64,000 bases of DNA. Source: a virus. Below the pieces are notes generated by a model. The model did not search any database. It was not told the DNA's origin and saw only the letters and a program-made list of their open reading frames with translations. Made by a program: the position numbers and the translations under genes. Where the stretch lies: positions 1 to 64,000 of the IMG/VR virus record IMGVR_UViG_3300013102_000002. The stretch is one strand, 5' to 3'. Positions 9,145 to 17,477 of this stretch are shown here, piece by piece. Positions within the stretch are counted from its first letter, which is position 1, and every line of letters begins with the position of its first letter.

Positions 9145-10629
9145 TTGGCAAATGAGTTGGTTTGTATATTTAATAGAAAATCGAGATCAGATGGAGATAC
9201 AGATTCCACATTAACAAATCATCGTACTATTACAACCGACTTATGTAAACGTATTGGTGTTCGTTATACCAAATCATCAACCTATGAAGAAATACTGTCT
9301 GGTGGCACCAAATTTGAAGAAAGAACAGAGTTGTTACGAATGTTAAGAGATATTGAGTCTGGTTTATATCATGCAGTAGTTGTAGTTGAGTTACAACGTC
9401 TAGCTAGGTCTGGGCATCTATCTCAAATGATAGCCGATGTACTAGAAAAAGCAAACTGTTTAATTATTACACCCACTCAAACTTATGATCTAAGAAATAA
9501 AGAACATAGGTTGATGTATGATATGGTCTCCTCTCTTGGAGTATACGAGCTTAAAACAACCGATAACCGTATGAGAGATGGATATATTAATAAAGCAAAA
9601 GCGGGGCATTACGTTTCTGCACAAGCGCCATTTGGCTATGACGCTGTATGGGATGATGTTATTAAAAGAAAACATAGGACACTTGTGCCAAATGACCAAG
9701 CAAAATATGCACAACTCATGTTTCAGATGGCAGAAGAGGGGTACTCACTCAGAGATATCAAAGCAGAGTTGGATGAGAGAGGCATTAGGTCTACTTACGG
9801 AAACAAGTGGTATATAAGAACAATTCAACATATTTTAAACAATAAGCAGTATCTTGGAATATTAGTTGTGCAACTCAAAGACAAATATACTAAGGAAGTT
9901 TCGGAAATCATTGAAACACATAATGCTTTCCCCGCATTGGTGTCTATTGAGCAATTTATCCGAGTGCAACTTGCAATTAGAGGTCGTTTGAGTGGAGATA
10001 TGGAGACTCGAACACGCTCTAGAGGAGCAACCAGAACAATATTAAAAGATCTTGTATTTTGTTATATATGCAAAAGAAAAACTGGTTATACATCTAGCAT
10101 TAAACGAAAAGATATTCTTGTTGTTAAAAAATGTGAATGTGGAAATAGAGGAGTAATTGAACCAACACTTAAAGAAAAGTTCAATCAGCAACTAGAGTCC
10201 ATTGAACAGTACTGGAGAGATGAGTGGAATATAGCTTTAAATGGCAACACCACATCTAATACAAATGATCTAGATGAAAAGTTAGCCGATCTAGAGTCGA
10301 ATAAAAGTAAATATACTGCTAGATTAAAGAAACTGTCAGACGGTTTTTTAGATGGTTTATTTGAAAAAACTGAATTTCTGGAGAATAAAAAAGCTATAAC
10401 AAATGAAATTATAAATATTGACAAATCCATTTTAGAAGCTAAGGCACAACTAAATGCAAATAATACAGAATTACAAAGCCTTCAATTGGAAAACAGGTTT
10501 ACAATATTAAATCAAATAAAGAACTCTGAAGACACCAAGGAAATAAACCGTTTATTAAAACTCATTATTGAACGTGTTTATTATGAAAGGAAGGGCAATG
10601 AAATTATTTTAATGATTGCTCCAAAGTAA
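9145..10629 (+). CDS. Large serine recombinase (integrase, SprA/SpoIVCA-like)
   Basis: N-terminal RKS catalytic motif, ELQRLARS, APFGY, Zn ribbon CYIC..CEC, coiled coil. Confidence 0.93.
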   Translation: MANELVCIFNRKSRSDGDTDSTLTNHRTITTDLCKRIGVRYTKSSTYEEILSGGTKFEERTELLRMLRDIESGLYHAVVVVELQRLARSGHLSQMIADVLEKANCLIITPTQTYDLRNKEHRLMYDMVSSLGVYELKTTDNRMRDGYINKAKAGHYVSAQAPFGYDAVWDDVIKRKHRTLVPNDQAKYAQLMFQMAEEGYSLRDIKAELDERGIRSTYGNKWYIRTIQHILNNKQYLGILVVQLKDKYTKEVSEIIETHNAFPALVSIEQFIRVQLAIRGRLSGDMETRTRSRGATRTILKDLVFCYICKRKTGYTSSIKRKDILVVKKCECGNRGVIEPTLKEKFNQQLESIEQYWRDEWNIALNGNTTSNTNDLDEKLADLESNKSKYTARLKKLSDGFLDGLFEKTEFLENKKAITNEIINIDKSILEAKAQLNANNTELQSLQLENRFTILNQIKNSEDTKEINRLLKLIIERVYYERKGNEIILMIAPK

Positions 10630-10631
10630 AA

Positions 10632-10693
10632 CTGTGTAAATGTATAATTTTACTCACTATGGCAACCTATTATTACATCTTCAGATCACACAG
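10632..10693. other. Candidate attP site
   Basis: Imperfect dyad ATGTATAAT...ATTATTACAT (also CTGTGT...ACACAG) directly after the integrase stop. Confidence 0.4.
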
Positions 10694-10701
10694 AAAAAAA
10701 T

Positions 10702-10736
10702 AACCCCCAAATGGATTAATCTCCAAATGGGGGTTT
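10702..10736. terminator. Probable bidirectional terminator between convergent genome arms
   Basis: AACCCCCA...TGGGGGTT stem, A-run on the left and T-rich tract on the right. Confidence 0.7.
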
Positions 10737-10755
10737 GTTGTTGTTTAGTGTTTCT

Positions 10756-11610
10756 TTAATTTTTAATCCTTAATTCATCATCTTCAAAATAGTATTCCAT
10801 AAGTTCCACATATCCAAGAGACTCAAGAGATTGTTTTATTCGGGGTACGTATCCAGGTGTAATGGTTATCATTCTGACTTTTTCATTAAACTCTGAAGGA
10901 TAATATACGGACTGAAAAACCAAAGACGTGTCATCATTCTTGATTTTTAACTCAATGATACACTTACCTCTAGAAATGTCTTCTGCTAAAATATCTATAT
11001 ATCCATCAGTTACAGAATATTGACACCCTATTAATGTCATACCATCTTCTATGAGACAGAGGTTGTCTTTTAGATAATTCTCTAAATCTTTTTCCAGATA
11101 GTTATTTTTATCTAATCCCCTGTCATCCATATTTCTTTTAGCGTCAATAAACAAGTTCTTTGTTATTTCAGAAACATCGTCTGCATGATACAGTTCTGGA
11201 TTGAAATATATTATGGTGCATCCATTAATCTTTTTTCTCAAGATTATATTATGAGACTCCAACTCTTTGATTGCTGAATTTAATTTTGTTCTCCCTATAT
11301 TCAAATATTTGCACATTTGATCTTGCGTGGGATTCTCATTATTAATGAACAATGAATTCGTGGGTGAGTGCAAGCACCATCCAAAACGACCAAGAAACCC
11401 AAGGGCTTCACAACTTAATGATCCTTCATCGAATATGTCTCTTAACGCCTTTGTATTTGTCTTATATCTTCTATCATAAGAAGTAATCATATTAACGCAA
11501 TTATATTCATCCATATCCGGTATATCAGATAGTGGAACATCTTTCAAAAAACTAATTTCTCCAGTATATAGGTCTATTACCTCTTGATCAATCATTTCTG
11601 TATTCATCAT
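10756..11610 (-). CDS. RepL-like winged-helix protein fused to a NucS/PD-(D/E)xK endonuclease domain
   Basis: TQDQMCKYLNIGRTKLNSAIKELE...YFNP HTH; C-terminal LEKDLENYL...YIDILAED...IIELK. Confidence 0.65.
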   Translation of the reverse strand: MMNTEMIDQEVIDLYTGEISFLKDVPLSDIPDMDEYNCVNMITSYDRRYKTNTKALRDIFDEGSLSCEALGFLGRFGWCLHSPTNSLFINNENPTQDQMCKYLNIGRTKLNSAIKELESHNIILRKKINGCTIIYFNPELYHADDVSEITKNLFIDAKRNMDDRGLDKNNYLEKDLENYLKDNLCLIEDGMTLIGCQYSVTDGYIDILAEDISRGKCIIELKIKNDDTSLVFQSVYYPSEFNEKVRMITITPGYVPRIKQSLESLGYVELMEYYFEDDELRIKN

Positions 11611-11649
11611 CTCATCATCATCTCTTCTCAATATTTTATGTAAAAGTAA

Positions 11650-11728
11650 GGACATAAATGTCCGGTAGCATCAAAAATAATGCTTATTTTACGTATGTTT
11701 ATTTATTAACACCGGACATAAATGTCCG
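11650..11728. repeat. Two copies of palindrome GGACAT-AA-ATGTCC
   Basis: 11650-11663 and 11714-11727, between the two RepL-like genes. Confidence 0.8.
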
Positions 11729-11737
11729 CACTTTTTA

Positions 11738-12379
11738 TCAATTTTCCCTTATTTCAATTCGTTTTTCTTGTTCTTTCCTTCTATTACTTCTACCATTTTT
11801 ATCATCAAAACGACTATTATGATATTCAATATCATCAAACAATCCCGGAACACATGAATTGATATTCTGTCCAACAAATATCAGATAGGGGTTGACGATA
11901 TAAAACACTTCATTCAAAGTTTCTATCTTAACAATTATCTTCTTTTTTTCTAAACTCTTCATGTTTCTTCTTATAGAACGAACGTCCATATTTATTCTTT
12001 CTGCTAGGCTTGTTTGGTTTAGAGGATAATCATTTTCATCAACCAAGATATTCATTTCCCACTTTAAAAATTTTCCTAATTTAAAAATAAACAATTTTTC
12101 TCCATCGGTTAAACTGTAATATTCTTCAGCATGTTCAAACTCGTGATAGAAAATCTTTACAAAGTGTTCATTCTTTTGCCAGTGTTTCTTGTCGGGATCA
12201 TCAACGGATAATTTAAAACATAGACGTTTATTTTCTTCTTTTGCTCTTAATTCATTGTTTATGTAATCAATAATTTCTTCTCTGGCGTGAAAATCTTTAG
12301 CTGTATTTACGTTATCTCCGAAAGCGATACTCATAAGCTCTTTTGTTTTAGCATTAACAACCTTTTTACTTTTTGCCAT
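11738..12379 (-). CDS. RepL-like replication/maintenance winged-helix protein
   Basis: FVKIF...LNQTSLAERINMDVRSIRRNMKSLEKK...YIVNPYLIFVG. Confidence 0.7.
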   Translation of the reverse strand: MAKSKKVVNAKTKELMSIAFGDNVNTAKDFHAREEIIDYINNELRAKEENKRLCFKLSVDDPDKKHWQKNEHFVKIFYHEFEHAEEYYSLTDGEKLFIFKLGKFLKWEMNILVDENDYPLNQTSLAERINMDVRSIRRNMKSLEKKKIIVKIETLNEVFYIVNPYLIFVGQNINSCVPGLFDDIEYHNSRFDDKNGRSNRRKEQEKRIEIREN

Positions 12380-12410
12380 TTATACAACATCCTTCATCAT
12401 CATCGTGGTT

Positions 12411-12650
12411 TTACTTTTTATATCTATCTAATTCTCTTCTTAGTACGGCAGTATTTTTAACAATCAGATTTAGATTTGCTTCTACAGTTTTATTAATAAA
12501 CCCATCGACCAGTCTGCGTAAAAATTCATCATCATGGTTCTCGATGTGAAAATAAACGCCATTCGACTTTTGTTCTGAATCAATCAACACGAACCCCTTT
12601 GACATCAATAAAACACAGAGATAAAAGTCTTTAGTAATATAAGTCTTCAT
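12411..12650 (-). CDS. Small protein, DUF5659-like (paralog 1)
   Basis: Start at MKTYITKDFYLCVLLMSKGF (AAGGA RBS); paralog of next gene. Confidence 0.7.
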   Translation of the reverse strand: MKTYITKDFYLCVLLMSKGFVLIDSEQKSNGVYFHIENHDDEFLRRLVDGFINKTVEANLNLIVKNTAVLRRELDRYKK

Positions 12651-12771
12651 GTAATCATCATCCTTAAAATATATTAATGAGCCGTGAGGGGGTGAATTGC
12701 CGTAGGCAAGAGGGGGTGGTGCGGCAGGTCGGGCGTTACGTAGTAACGAACGAGATGGTATTAGCACCCAC

Positions 12772-13026
12772 TTAATAACTCACTCCATATTGTTCTAACT
12801 CATCTTCAACAATTGCTTTATTGATTTTCATTTTTTCCATATCTACTTTTGCTTCAGTGTTCAAGAACTGATCTATAAGCTCACGCAATAAAGCATCATT
12901 GTCATGCTCTAAATAAAGCAGTATTCCGTTTCTTGTTTTTTCAGACTTTACTAACACAAATCCATTGCACATAAGCAACACACAGAGTCTTTTATTTTTA
13001 GTAATATATGTTTCCATCTTCATCAT
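12772..13026 (-). CDS. Small protein, DUF5659-like (paralog 2)
   Basis: TYITKNKRLCVLLMCNGFVL, clearly similar to neighbour. Confidence 0.7.
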   Translation of the reverse strand: MMKMETYITKNKRLCVLLMCNGFVLVKSEKTRNGILLYLEHDNDALLRELIDQFLNTEAKVDMEKMKINKAIVEDELEQYGVSY

Positions 13027-13067
13027 CTCTCCACTGATTAAATTTCATGATTAAACTTCTTCATAAC

Positions 13068-13093
13068 AAAAAAGAGGCACATTTCTGCACCTC
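13068..13093 (-). terminator. Terminator of the late/lysis operon
   Basis: AGAGGTGC...GTGCCTCT plus T-run on minus strand. Confidence 0.65.
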
Positions 13094-13132
13094 TCCATAA
13101 CATTCAATATATCTTTATCAATCCCCAAAAAC

Positions 13133-14248
13133 CTAAATCAGATTCTTCTCAACAATGCTCGCAATGTATCTATGACCTTTGTCTCCTGGGTGTGCAGTAT
13201 TTGAACCACTTGCACCAGAAAAATCATTAGTGGTTGGTCCATACAGTCCTCTTGTCTGGGCAAAAGTGTAAGACTTTCCCCAAGCTTGATACATATCTAT
13301 CAATCCAGTATTATATTTTTTACTCAATTCATAATTTACCTTTACATAGTTAGGCCAAGCAGATGCCCATCCTGATCCAGATGTCATGTAGGGAAGTAGA
13401 ATAACACTTGACCCTATGCTTATAAAGTGTTGAACCAAAGCATCCATATTATTTTTATATGTTGATAGACTAACACCTGTTCCGCCATCATTTATCCCTA
13501 ATGCAATTATAGCAAGATGAGGTGGCTTACCAGCCCAAGACGCTTTAGTATTCGTATTGTTCCAGTCCCCTGAAACATATCCAGAAAAGCCAATTCTGTG
13601 TACTTGAATTCCTGTGGTTGATATCTCTGCAAGTATTCCTTGTACCCAAACTTGAGTAGTATTTGCCGGGACAATGGTTAAAACGTGAGCACCTGCCGTT
13701 AACCCTGTAAATGTTTGATAATTGTTAAAAGTAATTGTTGCTCCAGTACAACTAAGTGAACCAACCGATGTTCCGTCTATTTTAACGTCAGCATTTCCAC
13801 CTGTAGGGCCTTTTGTGTAGATAATCGTGAATTTATCGCCTGTAAAATTAATCGTGAGTGGAGTGGTAGCTCCTGTGGAATTGGCATAACAACCACCAAA
13901 TCCAGACTTGGAACCAGGAGACAATGACCACCCTGTACCAAATGTAACTCGTGAGTGTGATCCCGCAGGTAGAGCACCTTCATATACATTAATGAATCCT
14001 TCTCCAGCATTGCCATACTTTGCTTGAAGAGACTTTCTCAATACACATGACCAAGCAGTATTAGGTTCGTCAGACGTAAATTCTCCCCTGGTAATCGAAT
14101 CTCCAATACAATATATTTTACATGGTGTAACTGATCTTTCAGACAAACCAATACGATAATCAATAAGCGAATCCTTCATGTTATATCCGAAGGCTTGGTT
14201 TTGCTGATCAGCCCACTTTTTTGCTGCCGCTAATGATACTGCATCCAT
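13133..14248 (-). CDS. SGNH/GDSL hydrolase with inserted beta-sandwich domain
   Basis: GDSIT, GFSG, GIND, HPGDKGH blocks; start MDAVSLAAAKK. Confidence 0.85.
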   Translation of the reverse strand: MDAVSLAAAKKWADQQNQAFGYNMKDSLIDYRIGLSERSVTPCKIYCIGDSITRGEFTSDEPNTAWSCVLRKSLQAKYGNAGEGFINVYEGALPAGSHSRVTFGTGWSLSPGSKSGFGGCYANSTGATTPLTINFTGDKFTIIYTKGPTGGNADVKIDGTSVGSLSCTGATITFNNYQTFTGLTAGAHVLTIVPANTTQVWVQGILAEISTTGIQVHRIGFSGYVSGDWNNTNTKASWAGKPPHLAIIALGINDGGTGVSLSTYKNNMDALVQHFISIGSSVILLPYMTSGSGWASAWPNYVKVNYELSKKYNTGLIDMYQAWGKSYTFAQTRGLYGPTTNDFSGASGSNTAHPGDKGHRYIASIVEKNLI

Positions 14249-14250
14249 AA

Positions 14251-14637
14251 TTATCCACCAGTCCTTCCTTTGATAGTTACATTTCCACCCGTAACAGAGG
14301 ACAAACTGACAATAAATGATACGAGATTTTCCGTGTTTGTGAACGTCCAAACTTCATTCATTCCACCAGATGTGCCAATTTCAAAGTCTGAGACTCTGTA
14401 TCCAGATATGGGAATCTGTGCTCCACTTTCTGATACACACTTAAAATCAATTGTTGCACTAGTTGCTGTACCGTATATTTCAATAGTGATAGAGGATTTT
14501 CCATTGATCGAATATGTTCCTGTTGTTGTAGAAGTTGCCGCATTTATAAGAGTAAAGGATACTGGAGACGAGGGAGAGTTGGTTGAACCACCAATAACCG
14601 TAACCTTTTGAACTGTTCTTAGACCATTCTCAAACAT
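14251..14637 (-). CDS. Beta-rich putative virion/accessory protein
   Basis: GAGGTG RBS; Ser/Thr-rich beta strands. Confidence 0.7.
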   Translation of the reverse strand: MFENGLRTVQKVTVIGGSTNSPSSPVSFTLINAATSTTTGTYSINGKSSITIEIYGTATSATIDFKCVSESGAQIPISGYRVSDFEIGTSGGMNEVWTFTNTENLVSFIVSLSSVTGGNVTIKGRTGG

Positions 14638-14659
14638 ACTTTCACCTCACTTTTATATT

Positions 14660-14938
14660 TTAGTATTTTCCAAACCATTTATAGCTGATTCCTGATTCAA
14701 CAATAATAAACGAATATAATTTTGTGTCGTCTCTGTTTATTTGTACTCCCTGGTCGGCATCAAGTGGGATAGGAGAACTATTATTGATTTTCACAGTGCA
14801 TGCCTCAGTATTCAAAAAAGAAAATTCATAATATATGCCTCTTGGATTTGTTAAACTTGTATCAATAATTGTAAGGATTTCTTGGTTCTCTGTACTAACT
14901 TGGCGATCTCCATTGTATCCTGCATACTTTCCTGCCAT
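14660..14938 (-). CDS. Hypothetical phage protein
   Basis: GAGGAG RBS, 92 aa. Confidence 0.75.
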   Translation of the reverse strand: MAGKYAGYNGDRQVSTENQEILTIIDTSLTNPRGIYYEFSFLNTEACTVKINNSSPIPLDADQGVQINRDDTKLYSFIIVESGISYKWFGKY

Positions 14939-15014
14939 TTTTCTTTCATCTCCTCGTATTGGGTTCAGTGGAGGAGAAATACATCTCCTCTCACCAAAAA
15001 ATATATTTGCACTT

Positions 15015-15413
15015 TTACTTATTAATTTTCCCAGCGAACTCCAATCCCTGCTTTACCAAAATCTCAATCAATTTCTTCTCTTGTTCACTAGGTTTTACTC
15101 CATAATGTTCACAAACCCCATCAATCACCTTCAAAGCAAGTTTAATCTTATCATCTTCATTCAATGTCCCATTCGCATATGTGTTTACATATTCGACAGT
15201 CTCAGCAGCAACATCCAATACAAAATATGCTTTCTTTTTATACTTGTCCGCGATAGGGAGGATGTTTACAACAAGTCGTTCAATATTATCCAGACTCAAA
15301 ATAGTTTCAACATTCTTAATTGTGATCCATCCCTTTTTATTCATCCATGGGATAACAAAGAATCCAGCAACAATTAGAAGTGTAGCTCCAACAATGATGT
15401 ATAAGTCATCCAT
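15015..15413 (-). CDS. Holin-like membrane protein (single N-terminal TM, LL-H-like)
   Basis: TM helix, then helical domain; directly after the endolysin. Confidence 0.55.
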   Translation of the reverse strand: MDDLYIIVGATLLIVAGFFVIPWMNKKGWITIKNVETILSLDNIERLVVNILPIADKYKKKAYFVLDVAAETVEYVNTYANGTLNEDDKIKLALKVIDGVCEHYGVKPSEQEKKLIEILVKQGLEFAGKINK

Positions 15414-15431
15414 TATAATTCCTCCGTATAT

Positions 15432-16310
15432 TTATTTACTTATATACAATTTCTTGTTTACTCCATTAGGAGTGACTTTGTGTCCTAACGAAATAACGGA
15501 TTGTGCTGAAACATAGTTCATGCCATCCTTCATAATGGCTGTAACTTGAGTGCCATTAACTTTCAGAATCTTATTATTGTTATTCCATTCCAATATATCT
15601 CCAAGTTTGTCACGAAGAGTAGAGGCGGGTATGTAGTTTGATCCATTTCTCATAAATCCATCGACTACTTGGTTATCGGATGTGAAAATAATTTTGGTTG
15701 GGATATCAGGCAATACAGGAGGATTTACCACAGGAGAAACTATCTCTGGTTTTGTGCAGTCTTCATATTCAGAAACAATGTCTTTTAATAACTGTTCATA
15801 TGTTCTGCCGCTATCTGCAAGTCCAGACTTAGGATCTGACTTGCGTTGTGGGTCAAGAATGAAGTGTGCGGTGATTGCCTTTTTAGGATCGAGATTAAAC
15901 TTATAGCAAATATACGCTATAACCCATACATATCTCTTATATGACTCAGCAGAATTGATATTATTCCCATAGCAATATTCAACCCCAATTGCAACATCAT
16001 TAGAGTCATCGCCATATAATTCGTTATCCTTAGTTTTATTGTAAAGTACATGCCAAGCTTTCTCTGGAGTTCCAGTGAGGGCAGGAATACATTCATAAAT
16101 GAATTTATCATCTACAAACAGATGAGCAGAGGCAGATGTTTCATTTTTAGTGTTTTCATAATATGTCACGTTGTTTAAAGCTGTTGATCCTTTGTTTCCT
16201 GTATCATGAGCCACGACAAATTTAACAGAAGGCATCTTAATACCTGATCTACGTTTAGTTCCCGAAGTCAGATATTTTTTAGTAATTTCATATTTCATTT
16301 TAAAAGACAT
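15432..16310 (-). CDS. Endolysin, N-acetylmuramoyl-L-alanine amidase (Amidase_2) with C-terminal wall-binding repeats
   Basis: VAHDTGN, SASAHLFVD, AWHV, IGVEYC, H..LDP.RKSDP. Confidence 0.92.
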   Translation of the reverse strand: MSFKMKYEITKKYLTSGTKRRSGIKMPSVKFVVAHDTGNKGSTALNNVTYYENTKNETSASAHLFVDDKFIYECIPALTGTPEKAWHVLYNKTKDNELYGDDSNDVAIGVEYCYGNNINSAESYKRYVWVIAYICYKFNLDPKKAITAHFILDPQRKSDPKSGLADSGRTYEQLLKDIVSEYEDCTKPEIVSPVVNPPVLPDIPTKIIFTSDNQVVDGFMRNGSNYIPASTLRDKLGDILEWNNNNKILKVNGTQVTAIMKDGMNYVSAQSVISLGHKVTPNGVNKKLYISK

Positions 16311-16404
16311 TTATCATATACTCCTCTCGAAACTTGTGTTATGATGCAGTTGAGACGATTTCATTGTTGATGCTCAAGCAGGGCGATACAATACAGTCGT
16401 CTTT

Positions 16405-16878
16405 TTAGTTTTGATTTTCATTGTTTTGGTTCTCTGGTTGAGATGGCTGCTGTGTTTGAGATGTTTGCTCTCCAGTCTTATCTTTCAATACGGCAATAAT
16501 TTGCTTGAATTGAGGGGGGACCAAGATATTTGCTCTACCCAAATTTTCACCTATACTGATTAATTCGTTCGAGATATAGAACCAAATTGCTCCAGTCATT
16601 AAAATGTGCATGTCCAACACAATATCCGCTCTATGCATAACTGCAATAATTACAAACATAATTCCTTTCTTAGCCAAGCCCATTGAACCTTTTTTACTAC
16701 TCAATCCAGAGTTGGGAACGCCTCGTCTTGCTTCCCACACACTGGCATAGAGACCCGTAAGGTAATCAACAATTACAAGAAGCGAAAGAAATTGAAGCAA
16801 TTCAGTCCATCCCCCAAAGAAGTAGCTAACACTCCCGCCGAGGAAAGCAACTATTAAATTTATAATTTTAGCATACAC
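16405..16878 (-). CDS. Holin (Phage_holin_4_1/TcdE-like)
   Basis: FFGGW, DYLTG, LSSKKG..GLAKK, NELISIGENLG; GTG start after GGAGG. Confidence 0.9.
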   Translation of the reverse strand: MYAKIINLIVAFLGGSVSYFFGGWTELLQFLSLLVIVDYLTGLYASVWEARRGVPNSGLSSKKGSMGLAKKGIMFVIIAVMHRADIVLDMHILMTGAIWFYISNELISIGENLGRANILVPPQFKQIIAVLKDKTGEQTSQTQQPSQPENQNNENQN

Positions 16879-17000
16879 AAATACGTCCTCCAGCCTTATA
16901 TATTGCATATAAGTGATATTTTTCCAAACAAAAAAGAGACACATTGCTGTGTCCCTCACTTTTTACTCAAATATTCGATTTTTCTGATTTTGCCTCTCAA

Positions 17001-17059
17001 AAAACCCAGTGTTTATGCGGACTTTTTTGACGTATTTCCTCATGAAATTCCTATTTTAT
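17001..17059. repeat. Composite repeat, copy 1 (partner at 39543-39602)
   Basis: AAAC[CCAGTGTTTATGCGG]ACTTTTTT.ACGT.ATTTCCTCATGAAAT-N4-ATTTTAT. Confidence 0.8.
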
Positions 17060-17365
17060 ATAATCTTCAATATTTATATTGTGATTCTTACGCAAATCTT
17101 CCAAGGTAATAAATTCATACTTTCTGAGAAATGGGATATTTTGATCATCTCTTATTTTAATTATTCTTCCATTTCTCATAGTTATGGAAATAGAATATGA
17201 TAAATATTCCATTCCATCCCATTCTTCTTTTAGGGATTGACGGAATGACTTTACAGTGCCGACCATATTGCAGTCAATTTTTTTTAAACTGCGCCAACCA
17301 TTATAAACATAAACTTTATCATTTATTTCGCATTCTATCAAATCGGAGTACATTGTATAAGCCAT
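17051..17365 (-). CDS. Hypothetical moron gene with own sigmaA-type promoter
   Basis: TATAAT -10 near 17411-17416; flanked by 18-bp palindromes. Confidence 0.7.
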   Translation of the reverse strand: MAYTMYSDLIECEINDKVYVYNGWRSLKKIDCNMVGTVKSFRQSLKEEWDGMEYLSYSISITMRNGRIIKIRDDQNIPFLRKYEFITLEDLRKNHNINIEDYIK

Positions 17366-17477
17366 TTCAAGTCATCACCCTTTTATTGAAATCGTAAATG
17401 TTTAATAATAATTATACACCATTTACTAATTTGTTCCAATAATAGTTTTGCGTAATTTGAAAAAAATCTCCCATAAA

